From Azolla caroliniana (taxonomy: Eukaryota > Plantae > Polypodiophyta), in the NCBI GenBank assembly GCA_043228905.1, contig JBHGNT010000005.1, forward strand, positions 24,676,001 through 24,740,000: DNA of 64,000 nucleotides. Reading direction: 5' to 3'. A program made the position numbers and the translations under genes. This document shows positions 48,049 to 61,376 of the stretch, piece after piece. The notes under the pieces are model-generated. The model was not told where the DNA came from. It made no database searches and saw only the letters and a list, made by a program, of their open reading frames with translations. Position 1 is the first letter of the stretch; each line of letters opens with the position of its first letter.

Positions 48049-50657
48049 TCATGATAAGTTTATTGGCTGTGTGTATCCCGCCTGCGCATATATATTTTCC
48101 ATGCAAATATATGCAACACCACACTGCTCATCCAATTGTACTAGTTCCTCAAATGCCCATCTCCCTAGCTTAACATTGCCCCATTTTCCACAAGAACCCA
48201 GTATATTCTGGAATAGAGAATGATGGTCAAAATGGGGAACCTTGTCAAGCAAAGCTTGCACCTTATCAATGCATCCTGCACGGCAAAATAGATCGGCCAT
48301 ACATGTGTAGTGCTCTATTGTAGGAGTGATAAAATAAACACCACACATTTCATCAAAAAGCCTTTCTCCCTCCTTCAATACGCCTGCATGGCTACATGCA
48401 TTCAGCAAAATAACAAAGGTAATTGAATTCGGCACAATATTTTCGGCCCTCATTCTAGTATAGGTATCAAAAGCCACATTGGCTTTACCTAACTGTCCAT
48501 ATCCAGCAACAAGGGCACTCCATGACACAACATTTCTCTCTGGCAGATTCTCAAACACTTCTTTTGCTTTATCTAGCTCAGCACACTTGGAATACATGTC
48601 CACCAATGCATTGCCAAGCACGACATCTTTACACAATAACCCTTGTTTTCTGACCTCCGCATGTATCTCCTCCCCAATCTCTAAAGACCCCACAATGCCA
48701 CAAGCTTTCAAAATGCAGAGATAAGTTACCTTGTCTGGACAGATTCCAGCATCTCTCATTTGCCCGAAGCATGTCAATGCTTCTTCTCCGAGTCCATTAT
48801 AGGAGTACCCACCAATCAGGGCACTCCATGACATGACATTCTGCACAGGAAGTTGGTCAAACACTTCTCGTGCTTTCTCTAGTGAAACACATTTGGAATA
48901 CATATCTACCAATGCAGTACCAAGAACAATATCTTTTCCCCACAGCCCTTGATTTTTTATGTCTGTATATATCTCTTCTACCATCTCTAGGGATCCAACA
49001 GTGCCACAAGTTTTCAAAACACAAAGATAAGTTGCCACATTTGGACAAATACTTGCAGCTTTCATTTGTCTAAAGCATTTCAGCGATTCATTACTGAGTC
49101 CGTTTTGGGCATACCCAACAATGAGGGCACTCCAAGCAACACCATTCCGTTCTGGAAGCTTTTCAAACACTTCTCGTGCTTTCTCCATTGCACCACACTT
49201 GCAGTACATGTCCACTAACGCATTTCCAAGCACGGGATCTTTCTCTAATAACCCTTGCTTTCTGATGTCAACATCTACAGCTTCCCCAATCTCTAGAGAC
49301 TGTACGATGCCACAGGCTTTCAAGATGCATGTATAAGTTATGACGTCTGGAAAGACTCCCTCATCTTTCATTTTTCCAAAGCATTTTAATGCCTCGCTAC
49401 CACACTTGTTTTGAGCATAACCAGAAATGAGGGCATTCCAAGTCACAATGTTCCGAACTGGAAGCTGTTCAAATACTTCTTGTGCCTCATTCAGTGCACC
49501 GCACTTGAAATACATGTCCACCAACACATTTCCAAGCACACCATCTTTCTGCAATAACCCTTGGTTTCTGACCTCCCTGTCTATTTCTTTTCCAATATCA
49601 AGAGACCCCACAATGCCACAAGCTTTTAGAACAGAAATATAAGTTATCACATCTGGATGAAGCCCCACATCTTTCATTTGTTTGAAACAATCCAATGCTT
49701 CATAGCCAAATCCATTTTGGGCATATCCAGCAATAAGAGCACTCCATGATACAACATTTTTCACCGGAAGTTGTTCAAACACTTGTCGTGCTTTCTCTAG
49801 GAAACCACATTTGCAATACATATCGACCAATGAGGTGCCAAGCACAGTATTTTTCTTTAATAACCCTTGATTTTTAACCTCGGCATATATACCTTCGCCA
49901 ATCTCAAGGGATCCGACAATGCCACAAGCTTTCAATGTGCATATGTACGTTACTGGATTGGGCAAAACACCTACATCTTTCATTTGTAAGAAGGATTTCA
50001 ATGCTTGGTCACCGAAGCCATTTTTGGCATATCCCGATATCAAGGCATTCCAGGATACGACATTTTGGAAGGGAATCTGCTCAAACACTTTAAGTGCCTC
50101 TTCTGATGCACCACACTTGAAATATGTTGTAATGAGAGTGTTGGCGATATAAACATCCTTGGCAAGTAATTTATCATTGAGAATATCAGCATGTATTGCT
50201 CGTGCCTTCCATATATTCTTCTCTTTCCCACATGATTTTAGGAGATTTATAAGTGCACTTTGGTCATGAAACTTAACTTTTGGCAGCAGCCCATCATCAT
50301 CAATCACTTTAACCGTGGAATAAAGCGAGTTGTGCTCTTTTAAATTGTCTTTGACATAAGCAGGACTGGAGACAACATGGACCAATAAGGGTTTTCTTGT
50401 TTGTTTGGGACAACAATCAAGGAAATTAGGGTTTATCTGTGAAGAAAGCCATAGACAAAACATAAGAAAACAAATGCAGTGAATCCTAAATGAGAAACAT
50501 TCGACAGTTGCAGTGGTCTTACCTTGTGGTGATGATGGTTGGCCCAGAAGTTCGATGGGTCCTCAGAAGAAGAAGAAGAAGAAGAAGAAGTCACACAGGG
50601 GCTTGGTTTCTTTGGTGGACATAGGCCAGAATTTAGAGCAGGGCACTCCATAACCAT
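48049..50657 (-). CDS. PLS-class pentatricopeptide repeat protein with C-terminal E domain (organellar RNA-editing factor type); exons 50657-50523 and 50436-48049
   Basis: 804-aa ORF with repeating P-L-S triplets (VVSWNALISGYA / ITYTCILKACG / LGNALVDMYCKCG), ending HYTCMADLFCRAG…GRWAFEELVQLDEQCGVAYICMENIY (E motifs, no DYW). An 86-bp GT..AG intron (50522-50437) joins …HHHHK to INPNFL in phase 0. Confidence 0.9.
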
Positions 50658-51479
50658 GTGGAAACCATGCTTTTGGAGAAATATGTAGTTACTAGTGTTT
50701 GAACAGGGCACTCCATGGCCATTTAAACACCAACACTAATCACAATAATGTGATTGAGACATTTGGATACCCTGATTCATTAGTATGTACATATAGGATG
50801 AAATGCCGGAAAGATTGCATCTGAAGGACGGAATAAATCCTTCTTTAACAACTCGGAGTGATGGGATTTTCATAGCCTTGGACCCGATGATGATTTATTG
50901 ATGTCTATGGTTCTTGCCGCCCATATGATTCTAGGAAGTTGATGTTAGGGAGTTTTTTGAACCTTAAGCATGTACTTGCTTAAAAAAGAGTGTGTGTGAG
51001 AGAGAGAGAGAAGGGGAAAAAATATGATGTTCCATTAGTAGTGTCAGAACAAGTTTTTAGACTATTTGTTCGTGAAGTTTTGTGGTCGTTACGAAAACTT
51101 ACAGAGAAATTTGCCGCCCTTTCAAGTTTGTTTCAATCTATGCAGTTATGATGTTTGACACGAGAGCAAGAAGCGGGTTGATATTTGTCGATTGGTGTGG
51201 TATTGATGGTGTTTGTGAAAATTTCAAGTGGCAAAAATGTATCAATTCTACAAATCATGAGAAGACATATGCTACAATTATTTGTGGGAAAGATGTAGTC
51301 ATGGATGGTTGTGATGTTCACAGTTGTCATGATTCTGTTAATGCTTTGGTTTCTAATTTTATGAAAAAAACGAGAAAGATGTTAGGGATTGTGTAGAAGA
51401 GGATGTTATAGAGGTGGTGATAGAGACCAACTTGATGTTAGCAACATTTGATAAGTGCTATATTCTATTTTTCCTTGCT

Positions 51480-52500
51480 CCCTTGAACTAAGAAAGCATT
51501 ACAAACATTGTTGCAACCTCTTTGGTTCATGTTGTGGTGAAGGGGAGAAAACATGGGAGTGGTTTCATGGGATCATTTGTCTACTCCCAAATGGTTAGGT
51601 GGTGTTGCAATATTGAATTTGGAAGTGCATTTGATGGCCTATACATTTGCATTATTACAAGATATTAGCCAATAAGATAAACCATGGATATCTATAATGC
51701 GATATTTTATTGAACATGAACGATTGATGCATCGGAAAACTAAGATTCAAGCATTGTGGTGCCATTGTTCAATGGATAAATTCCTCTAAAGATTCCACTT
51801 TCTATATGTGTGCAACAATTGATAGGTAATGAAAAAGATGCCTTATCTTGTTTTGAGTGAGCACCATCAAGTAGCCAAAAACTTTTTAACTCATTACAAA
51901 CTGAATTGCTCATTTCTTCTCAATTGTTGCATTGGCATGGAAAAGAGAAGTTGAGATCTCACTTGAATAATTTCTTTTGATTGGGGGTTGTAGACTTTGG
52001 GGCTGTAGTTGATAATGAAACTCAAAGGTTGTTCGAATTTGAAGATTCGAAATGATGGTTATGTATTCCCCCAAACTATGTATTTATTTGGAAGAAATTA
52101 CAAGATATACCATTGTTGCATGGATGTTTGCCAATGAAAACAAATGGTGGCGTACACACTTGTTACATGTCACTACAAATATATTGTATCATTATACAAC
52201 GACATCATTATATTGGCTATCACCTAAAGCACAAACAATGTGGAATGTATGTAAGTCGATTGCTAGATGGTGGAAAATATTACAACATGGTTGGCATTCC
52301 CATTTATCATTTCGTACAAATGTACATATTCATATGGAGAGTTATGATTAGTGAGCTCCCATTGGGTTCAACCTCAAAGAAACAAGGACTAACTTCTTTT
52401 GTACCATTCCATTGGAGGACAATACATATAGTTTCATTAAATGCCATGCAATACATATCATTTGGAATTACTTGTTGGAGATTTGACAAGTTTTAACTCG
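51480..52500 (+). mobile_element. highly decayed LINE (L1-like) ORF2 3' fragment
   Basis: W..ICLLP..LGGVAILNL-like stretch at ~51570-51625 and Trp-rich post-RT remnants; many stops. Confidence 0.45.
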
Positions 52501-52849
52501 TTATTTCAAGCCTCAACAATGGAGCTTTTCTCAATATGTTCATAATGATGAGGTAGTGGAGATATTGCTCCAATTTTTACAATATTGGGGGACCGCAACA
52601 CAATTGGAGGAATATGTGTAATGCTTTCATGGTCTTTGGCGACCGATGGTCGGTGAATTTCCCGTGGCATTACAGGATGTCTCTGTCTCTACATAGGATA
52701 GGTCAGATAGGTACATGAGACTAAGAAGTGTTGTAACAAGAGGGTTTTACATAGAATTAATGTAGTTGTGTGCTTTTATCAAAGACAGAAAGAGAGATAT
52801 CCCACATATAAAGGAGGATGGAGTTATAGGTACTATATAATTCTGGCAG

Positions 52850-53170
52850 GAAAGCAAGTTAAATGTCTGCAATGAAGATAATGGCACATCTAGTCAAGCC
52901 CGACTGGTCTTCCTTCTGATTGAACAGGATGGAATGTATGTGCCCTGTTCTGAGCCTTCTCAAACATTTTGGTTTGTGCTCATCTCAACAACAACTACAT
53001 GCTCCTTTCGGGAAATCTCACTGAGAACTCTTATCTGTGGATTTCTTCATATATGAAACCCTAATTCTGCAGATGTCCAGCACCAACAAATTGGGGAAAC
53101 CATTATGGGTCCAATCCATCATTTGTAAAAGACATGCTAAAGGAGTGCATAGCATACCTAACTTTCAAAG
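52850..53170 (+). CDS. possible pair of short coding exons (52850-52935, 53073-53170) of an unidentified gene
   Basis: Canonical CAG|, |GTATGT, CTAAT..TGCAG| and AAG|GTAAGG sites. The spliced frame stays open (ESKLNVCNEDNG…DGICPAPTNWGNHYGSNPSFVKDMLKEC). No recognisable domain. Confidence 0.25.
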
Positions 53171-54533
53171 GTAAGGCTCTTTCCATATGTATGGTTATGT
53201 TGCCACTGCCCTGATTTGCTCATGAAGCAATTCAATGCTTTCTTTGGTCACAACTGTGAGATGAGGAATTAATTCTCTCCTGATGTGGCAAATTATGCCT
53301 CAGTATTTAGATTTGGAAGGATATAAATGCTGAGCTGATATGCATTAATTGGCAGATATGCATGCCAAATGTAATGCATTGGAGAAGTAGGAAATGTGTT
53401 TAAAAATTGTGAGATATTGTCCATATATCCTCGTTTTGAAAGAGTATATGGCTGCTTGAGGTCTCTAGAGATAGGGGGAATTTTATATGGTGGTCATACT
53501 AAGCATTTGATCCCTTGGTCTCTCTTGATTAGCATCGCCTCATTATCAACTACTCTCCTCCATAATTTTTGTTGCCTTTGTTGAGATTTTAATGCCACCC
53601 TAGAGACATTTCTCAAAGTTAATCCTTCAATCGATCTACACGGATGTATGGTCATACTAAGCATTTGATCCCCGTCGTCTCTCTTCTCGTATTCTACATG
53701 TCATAAATTAACATGAGATCTAATCATTCTTTTCTCAATGGACATGGTTAGGACTAAGCATCCATGTCATAGATTAACATATGAGGCGATCTTGTCAAAG
53801 GACAAGGTTAGGACCAAACATCTCGTCACTTGGTGCGCATGCTTTAACGTTTTAAGTACTCTTGATTAGTTTTAAGCAATAAGCTCTAGTGAACTTGTTT
53901 ATACCCAAAATCTATCCTTAGTTTAAAGATAGTTGACAAGATGTGTTATAGGTAACATGACAATGGACTAGTACCAACAACCTCGCCCGCAAGCTACCCC
54001 AAGCACTACAACCTTGAGATCCTAGGAGGAATTCCTTCCCAAGGCAAGTCAGGAAAGCTTCCCACAATGCACTAGAATGGGAGATGCATGTTTTACACTA
54101 TCTTGGATTTAGGAACTAGAAGACATCACTATGGGGTCAAGGGAGGAGCCCTGCCTACTTCAAATCAGCGAAGGATTGGCCTCCACCATTCCAATAGGAG
54201 ATATATGACATAAAGTTAATGATGTTAGTAAGTTAGGTTTGACAACCACTTCATCTATTATAAACCCTCAATACAATAATGTAAATACCTCTCATGATGT
54301 GACATGACAAATATGAAGTCTTATGAGAGCTTAAAGATGTAGAAAAGGAGATAGACATTGACCATGTTCGAGTACTAACCATAACAGGGTTTGATATTAT
54401 GTTGCTTGAAATAAGTGTCGGAATAGAAGAATGAACCTTATTAAGGGATGCGCTTCTAATTAAGATTGAATCTATTGGGAGGCAAATTCTTCTAGAACAA
54501 AAACATGACAAGGTTGCGGCAAGGAAATTTTGG

Positions 54534-55262
54534 ATGCAAGAGGGCATAAGTGAAAGGAGACTAGATAAATTCTGGAAAATGATATGGCATGACAAATATG
54601 ACCGCAAGATAATGATGTGTTTATGGCTTATTGCACATAGAGCCTTGCCGGTAGGGACGTGGGGTAAAGGCCCCAATGTAGACCCTCGATGTATTGCATG
54701 TGGACAGATAGAAAGCATCTCCCATTGTCTATGGGAATGTCGTGATGCAATGGCTGTATGGGGAAGGGCACTTCGTTTGCTTTGCCATGCCTCTAGTTCG
54801 TTCACCCTCAACTGGGGACATGCTTGTTGGATGTCTCTTGACGTTGATGTGGCGACATACGATAGCACATGCAATGCTAAGTACAGAGGGGAGAATGGCA
54901 TTGTTCGGCTGATCCCTGACAACGGGGTACCTACAACTTGTGTACAGAATCAAAAACTTGAAGATCTTTGGATGTTGCTTGCCCCCATCACTATATGGCA
55001 TATATGGACAGCAAGGTGTACCAGGGTATTTTCCGCACACAAACGCCCTCCAGCTGAATCGATTAAGCTAATTTGGCACACACTCATAACTACACTAAGA
55101 GCTCAATATGAGCGGATTAATGGTACTAATGATGTTACAGACCTAATGAGGCTGAATTTTCGAAAAAGATGGTGTATGACACCGATGGCCGCAGCAAATG
55201 GAATGGATATACTATGGAAGTATGATGTACCCAGATGGTTGTTTCCCCCTCCCATTAGTTGA
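54534..55262 (+). mobile_element. LINE ORF2 C-terminal fragment (zf-RVT region)
   Basis: FWKMIW…LWLIAHRALPVG…CIACGQIESISHCLWEC…W, IWHIWTARC..VF: typical non-LTR retrotransposon C-terminal zinc finger. Confidence 0.8.
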
Positions 55263-58042
55263 ACGAGGGGCGTGAAAGACATGGCAAGTGGGATAGTGAA
55301 GGTAGGTGATGTATCTGTAAGGATGGCTTGAGTCATATGTAAAAGTGTAAGATAAATAAGTGAGATCTCTCGTATGTAGGCTAGGATAATCTTGGCACGG
55401 CCTACCTGAGAAAGGGATCGTGTTCATGTATATTTTAATTAATGGAGTATATTCTTTTTTGGAAAAAAAAAGAAAGTTAGTTGATGAGAGTAAAAGGATG
55501 CCAAACATCTAGGACATACCATACTAGCAAGGATTCATAAAAAATTACAAGTTGATAAGGAAACCCACCTCTACCAATGTCTTTCGAGATGGAGAATAGC
55601 ACCTTTGTGGGAATCCACTACCCACATGTGACATTACTCTCCAAAGAGCATTTATGCCCAATAAAGTTCATGATAGCTTTGAAATGTATATAAGCTCTAG
55701 TGTTCGTAATGGAGAGAAAGAGAAACAAACAATGACATTAACTTCAAAATGTTAGATAACAAATTAATGACTACTAGTTCATCAATAGCTTATATGGTCC
55801 CAATTTCAAATTTCTCAATAACCCAATTGTTTAGAACTTTATCTAAAGCCTATATGACCTTCATGACCTCTGTAGATTTTGTAATAGAGATCTAAACACC
55901 CATAGCGATAACCACTAATCCAACAGGAGAAGATTACCCACACACCCACATGTAGCTTCTCAAATGAGTATAAAACATTCGATAGGTGACAAAGTACACA
56001 AAAATATCAAGTATCTCCCATGCCAAGGTCATCATATAGGTTATGAATGTCCATATCTCAACGAATGTTGATCACAACATTGTAAATGGTACAAGGATTT
56101 CTTCATGCACCATCGATATAACATTTGGAGAGAATCCAATAGAAGGTTTGGACAAGGACCCTTGGTGGAACACCCTAAATCAGCACCTAGACCACTCCTC
56201 TGGCCATTTTAACTCAACAACCTCTACTTCCCCGCATATGGACTCAACTTGTAGAAGACGAATATGAATATAGGGTAGAGGCTACAATGACCCTCAAATT
56301 TATTACGAGCAAAAGAAAGACAAAGAAGTTTTCTTAGGTAACATGGAGGTAGAAGTGATCACATGGAGGCAACTTTAGGACCAAAAGCACCATAACATCC
56401 AAAAATAGAATGCTAGTAAATGCTCAACCAAACCCTAATACTACAATCATAATACCAATAGACCACATAAAAACCAAGTAGGCTCTTTGCTACTAGCTAG
56501 ATCAACCACATTTTCATACTAACAAACCCAAAACTTCATCACATGGTAAACATATAGTTGACAATACTTATCTATTGGTGTCCATCAAGGGCCAAAAACC
56601 TGTCTTTTGGGGGATAAGCATTGTTGCCACGACTTATCTAATGGAGGTATATCTCTCTCATTTACAAGGAAATTTTTATATGGCCAATGCCACTTTAGAG
56701 ACTACAAGATCTTGTTAATTTAAAGTCCATATGGGGGTGAAGAGAGTGAGGATCCTTGCTTCACTATTATGGGTGAATGATCTTGTAGTGATTGTGATTC
56801 CATTAGTCCTCGCATTCATATGGCCTTCAAATTATATCAAAAGTTATGTGGACATCCACTAGCTATAATATATGTGATCCTTATGTGATCTGCCCTATAG
56901 CTTGAAGTGTGGCAACATGGCCCACATAGAAAACATTCTCTTCAAGGAAACTTTCTCTCAACTTGTACATTGTTCTTTGCTAGCCCACACATGGGCAATT
57001 TATGCTCAAGAATAGGTGCATTTTTAAATTTTGTGCCACACATTTTCAAGATTTGAACGCCCATGTTTTGCACATGTCCCAAAATTGGGAGCAAAAACAT
57101 ATTCTTCAAATAATAACATATAGAAACAATATGTTACTTTGCTTGCTTACAATTGAAATAACTTCATTTTAAATTCTTAAAGTGAAGCTTTAATATAACT
57201 GTTATCTGAATAAGTAATAATAAGATGATAGAATCTTTCGTAATTTTAGAGTATTCAAAGAAAACCAATTTAGTTTTTTAACAATTCCCTATAAATGACT
57301 AGATGTTAGTATCTATCCCCATTGGTTTTGGCATTGTAATCCCTAATGTACCCCAAAGAAAATTGCATAGGAGAGTCGAAGCCTTGAATAGTTCTATCAT
57401 TGTATACTGCAAACTCTGTTATCATTTTTTAGTCTTTTTTGGGATAGGAACATTTATGCAAAGGAGGAAAATAACACTTCATCACAAATAAAAACAAGAG
57501 TGGCATGATTATTTGATTTTGACTTGTGCAAACATGTGAAATGAAGAGAAAGGAAATATATCATGTTCGACCATATGATAGCATATCATATCACGATTCA
57601 CATCATATGCAAAAAGTAAGAACAATCTCAAACCATAGAATAGCATATATTGTTGTTACAATATTTTTCATAGGTAATCTGTTGATGTTTACAAATGTGA
57701 CTAAAAGTATGGAAAAGATCTTTAAGAATAAAATGCAAGGATTTTTTGTTTCACCCAACGTCTCCTACTTTGGGTATGAATTGTGTAAATTCTTAATTCA
57801 AGTCAATAACATTGTAGATTCCGACTTGTATTCATTTCACTTAGTTATCATTAGTGAATGTGGACTAGCATATCCAAAATCTCATAAGAGCAATCATAGT
57901 AGGGAGGAGAGAGCACAATATTGTATCTTTGAAAAATACCATGAATGACGGTGCAATGGTAGATAAGTTGTCTAAATTCTAATAGTGGTGATACATGAAG
58001 TTAGGTATCAAGATATGGAGATTCTAAAGGTAGAACAATGAC

Positions 58043-58291
58043 GCTTATTTGAAAAGGCCCACTTGAATCTGAAGTGCACAATCTGCCAACAAAATAAATA
58101 TGGTATAATAAAAAGGAAAGTGTGATTATGTTAAGTGTTGTGAAAAATAGGAATAGCATCAAGACATGCAATGGCTCTTATTTGAAAAAGCCCACTTCAA
58201 AACCTGGTGTACAATTTGCCAACAAAATAAATATGGTATAATAAAAAGGACCCTTTTATTATGTTAAGTGTAGTAAAAAATAGAAATAGCA
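58043..58291 (+). repeat. ~130-bp direct duplication
   Basis: CTTATTTGAAAA.GCCCACTT…GCCAACAAAATAAATATGGTATAATAAAAAGGA…ATTATGTTAAGTGT occurs twice. Confidence 0.8.
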
Positions 58292-59099
58292 CCTTACATA
58301 CATAAGCAAATAAATTTATATTTATCATTAGCATAAACACATTAATTAGCTAGCCAGCTATATTGAAAATCCATGAGTTAAAGGTCATTAGAAACTATAA
58401 GAGTTGTAAACATTGAATGGCAACATTATATTATACATAGTTTATTTAAGGAAAACTTGATAGTTCTGATTTCGATATGGCTAGCATTTGAGTTGTAAAG
58501 TTAACATCAAAAGATAACTAAAAGTTTGATAAGCATTATCATTTAGTTTTTATAAGTTGAAATTTTGTTTAACAGACACTCACTCGCAATTAGACAAAAT
58601 TCACACAATCAAAGTCCTTTGCCTAGTTATGTAAAGTGTTTAATATAATTTAGCTAAATTCGGGGAGTTGATTGTGACAAAAATGGTTACACAAGATATA
58701 ATCCACACTTCTTTATGACTAATGGTAAGGTAACAAATCCTCATGTTATTGCTCTTCTCGCCTTTCTTGAACTAAACCCAAAATTCATGTTATACCAAAT
58801 CTTATTTTAGGCAATAGCAATCAGCAAAAAGAACTCATAATCCAAAGGAAACTAATGGTGAAATGATGTTAAAGTGAGAATTTGAGGATGTTTAATTTAC
58901 TCTTACAAAAGTTGAGATGTGTGTAACTATAAATTACTACATTTGTTGTTAGGCTGACTACTAAACTAAAAAATAGGTTTTCTATACTTTCTCTCTCTAG
59001 AAGCGAGCTCTTTGACAAAAGTTCTTGGTGTTTAAATATATGTCTCACCTTCATATCATTTTAGCATGTCTAGTTAACATAATGAGAGGAGCTTAATTA

Positions 59100-59993
59100 A
59101 TGAGAATATGGAACTAACACATAATAGAAACATCTAAAGCTTATTCCAACTCCTGCGGCTCAAAAGCACTGGAATAAGTGGGGTGTTTCAAGCAATCATT
59201 TGAAGGCTTATTAGAAATGAATTTGGTCTTTTAGGGAACCAACAAAATACACTCTCTTCAGATGGCTTTTACTACATGCAATACTAGTAGGTCAGTATTT
59301 GAAGGGAAACGTGGCACCCGTTCTTAGACAATGTAGTTATTGTGGTGACTTGCAAGAAACTACCAAGCATGCTCTCTAGTCCTGTTCACTAGCCCAACAG
59401 GTATGGAATAAAGTTCTTTCTTTATTCCTGACAATTAATGAAGGTTGCCTCTTCTCCTAGGAATCAACGGTATGGGGGGTTCCCCGTTCCAATCTCTTAT
59501 TGTATGAGGCAGATGATGCTCTAGAGTCTAAGACGGTCATCAACAAGCATCTAATATCTATCTCCCCTTTTCAGCAACCTTGAAAGCAAATACGTGCAAC
59601 CCATGTATGGAAAAGAGTATCCACGATTACATTATGAACCTTATGGAAGTATCGGTGTAAAAGACGATATGATTCCATAATTCCCCTTCTCTTAGATATA
59701 TTGCTAGAATTATGGGAGCGCTTATTGGCGGTAGTGTGTGGGTAATATGACAATATGTCAGGCTCTTTGGAGGTTGTTCTTAAGAAAAGGAAAAAATTAC
59801 TACAGTTATGGAGGAAGTTGCCTCTATTCACGGTCTCCTCTCAAGGACCAATCTGGAAATATCATCACCCTTGGCCATTCCCTTGATTGTCCTTTTTGTA
59901 TATAACACTCTCATTGTACATTTTGTAGCCTTCCAGTGTTTTTTTCTTAATACTAATGAAGGAAATCTTTTTGGAAATAATAATAATAATAAA
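59100..59993 (+). mobile_element. decayed LINE 3' end with (AAT)n tail
   Basis: CSYCGDLQETTKHAL*SC..AQQVW zinc-finger remnant (~59330-59410), LWKYRCKR, and terminal AATAATAATAATAAAT. Confidence 0.6.
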
Positions 59994-61310
59994 TATCTAA
60001 GGCATTAGGAGGGCATTAGTATTCTCTTAACAAAGGGAGAAGTTGCAACCAACCTACAACATACTCTTCATGGGTTGATATTAGAATGAACATATAACTA
60101 ATTGCAAGTATGCAACTCCTACAAGGTTGCACCTCATTATATTGTTAAGGAGGATCATGGATAGCAACTTAATAGTATCTAATCACCATCTCTAAAAGAG
60201 TTTTCTATGTGTGGGAGAATTTTGGTCAAAACTTTTATAAACAATATTTTATGACCTTTAATAAGTGTTTTCAATTTTTAAAGAAAGAACCAATAGTCCT
60301 CGAGTAAGGAGTAGCAAGTGAAAAACCATTCCCATTAGAAAAAACTCATTATCAATCAATGCTTAAACTAGTGAATCGAGGTCATCTTTCTCTTTCTTTT
60401 TTTCCAATAGGAGGCATGCTCATTTTCCGTTGAAAATAACAACCAAAAGATCTTAAGAAGAAACCTTGACTTTATCTTAAGTAGGTCGTATGAAGTTAAT
60501 CCCAAATATAACCGAGGTGTGTACCAAGAAGAATGAAGAAGACATGTACATACACGACAATAACAAGAAAATCCACACAATGCCTTAAAGTCAATGAAGG
60601 AAAAGGCCTTGAGTGGAAAAAAGATGTAGGACGCAATGTTGGTCTTCTAATAATGTCTAGTTCAAAAGAGGGAGTAAAACACGAGTTTTTGCCACTAAAC
60701 AAAAGTGAGAGGTAGGGGGGGGGGGCATCTTAACTTTTGATAGAAGGCTCTAACAGGTTACCAATAGCATCGTCATCCAAGTATGTGAGGGGACACGAAC
60801 ACGATGTTAGGCTATTTTGATGTTAAACACTTTTGGACACATGTAAAGCTTTTGTTCTTTTGTTGTGGAAATAATGAATGAATGAATGCGAAAGATGCTC
60901 ATTCATTCATACATAAACCTCCTTCACAAGTCTCTTTCTTCTTCTTCTTCTTCTTCTTTAGTCTCTCTTCTTTGTTCTTTCTTTCCTTTGTTTATGTATG
61001 TATATATACATATTTATATGATGATGATTATTTTTATAATTTCGTCCCCTCCTCGGAAAACAAAAAAGGAAGAAAATAATAATAATTTCTTGGAGTGTTG
61101 AAAATGGAATAGGATTGAACACATTGTCTTTTTGTTGGCACTTTTTTGAGATTTTTTTAAAGAGATTCTTCTTCATATATAATATGATATACATGTGTGT
61201 ATGTGTGTGTCGTGACACTCACAATTTCAACATCTCCACTAGTTGAGATAAAGGACTATTCTGATGCAATATGCACACATCCCACATATAAATGTGTGTT
61301 TTGTGTTGTG

Positions 61311-61311
<1 letters not shown>

Positions 61312-61373
<62 letters not shown>
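61312..61373. repeat. (GT)n(GA)n compound microsatellite
   Basis: Seen directly. Confidence 0.95.

Positions 61374-61376
<3 letters not shown>

Noticed and set aside
55540-57000. Possible further LINE remnant on the minus strand
   Set aside because: Too decayed to support by eye; needs a profile search.
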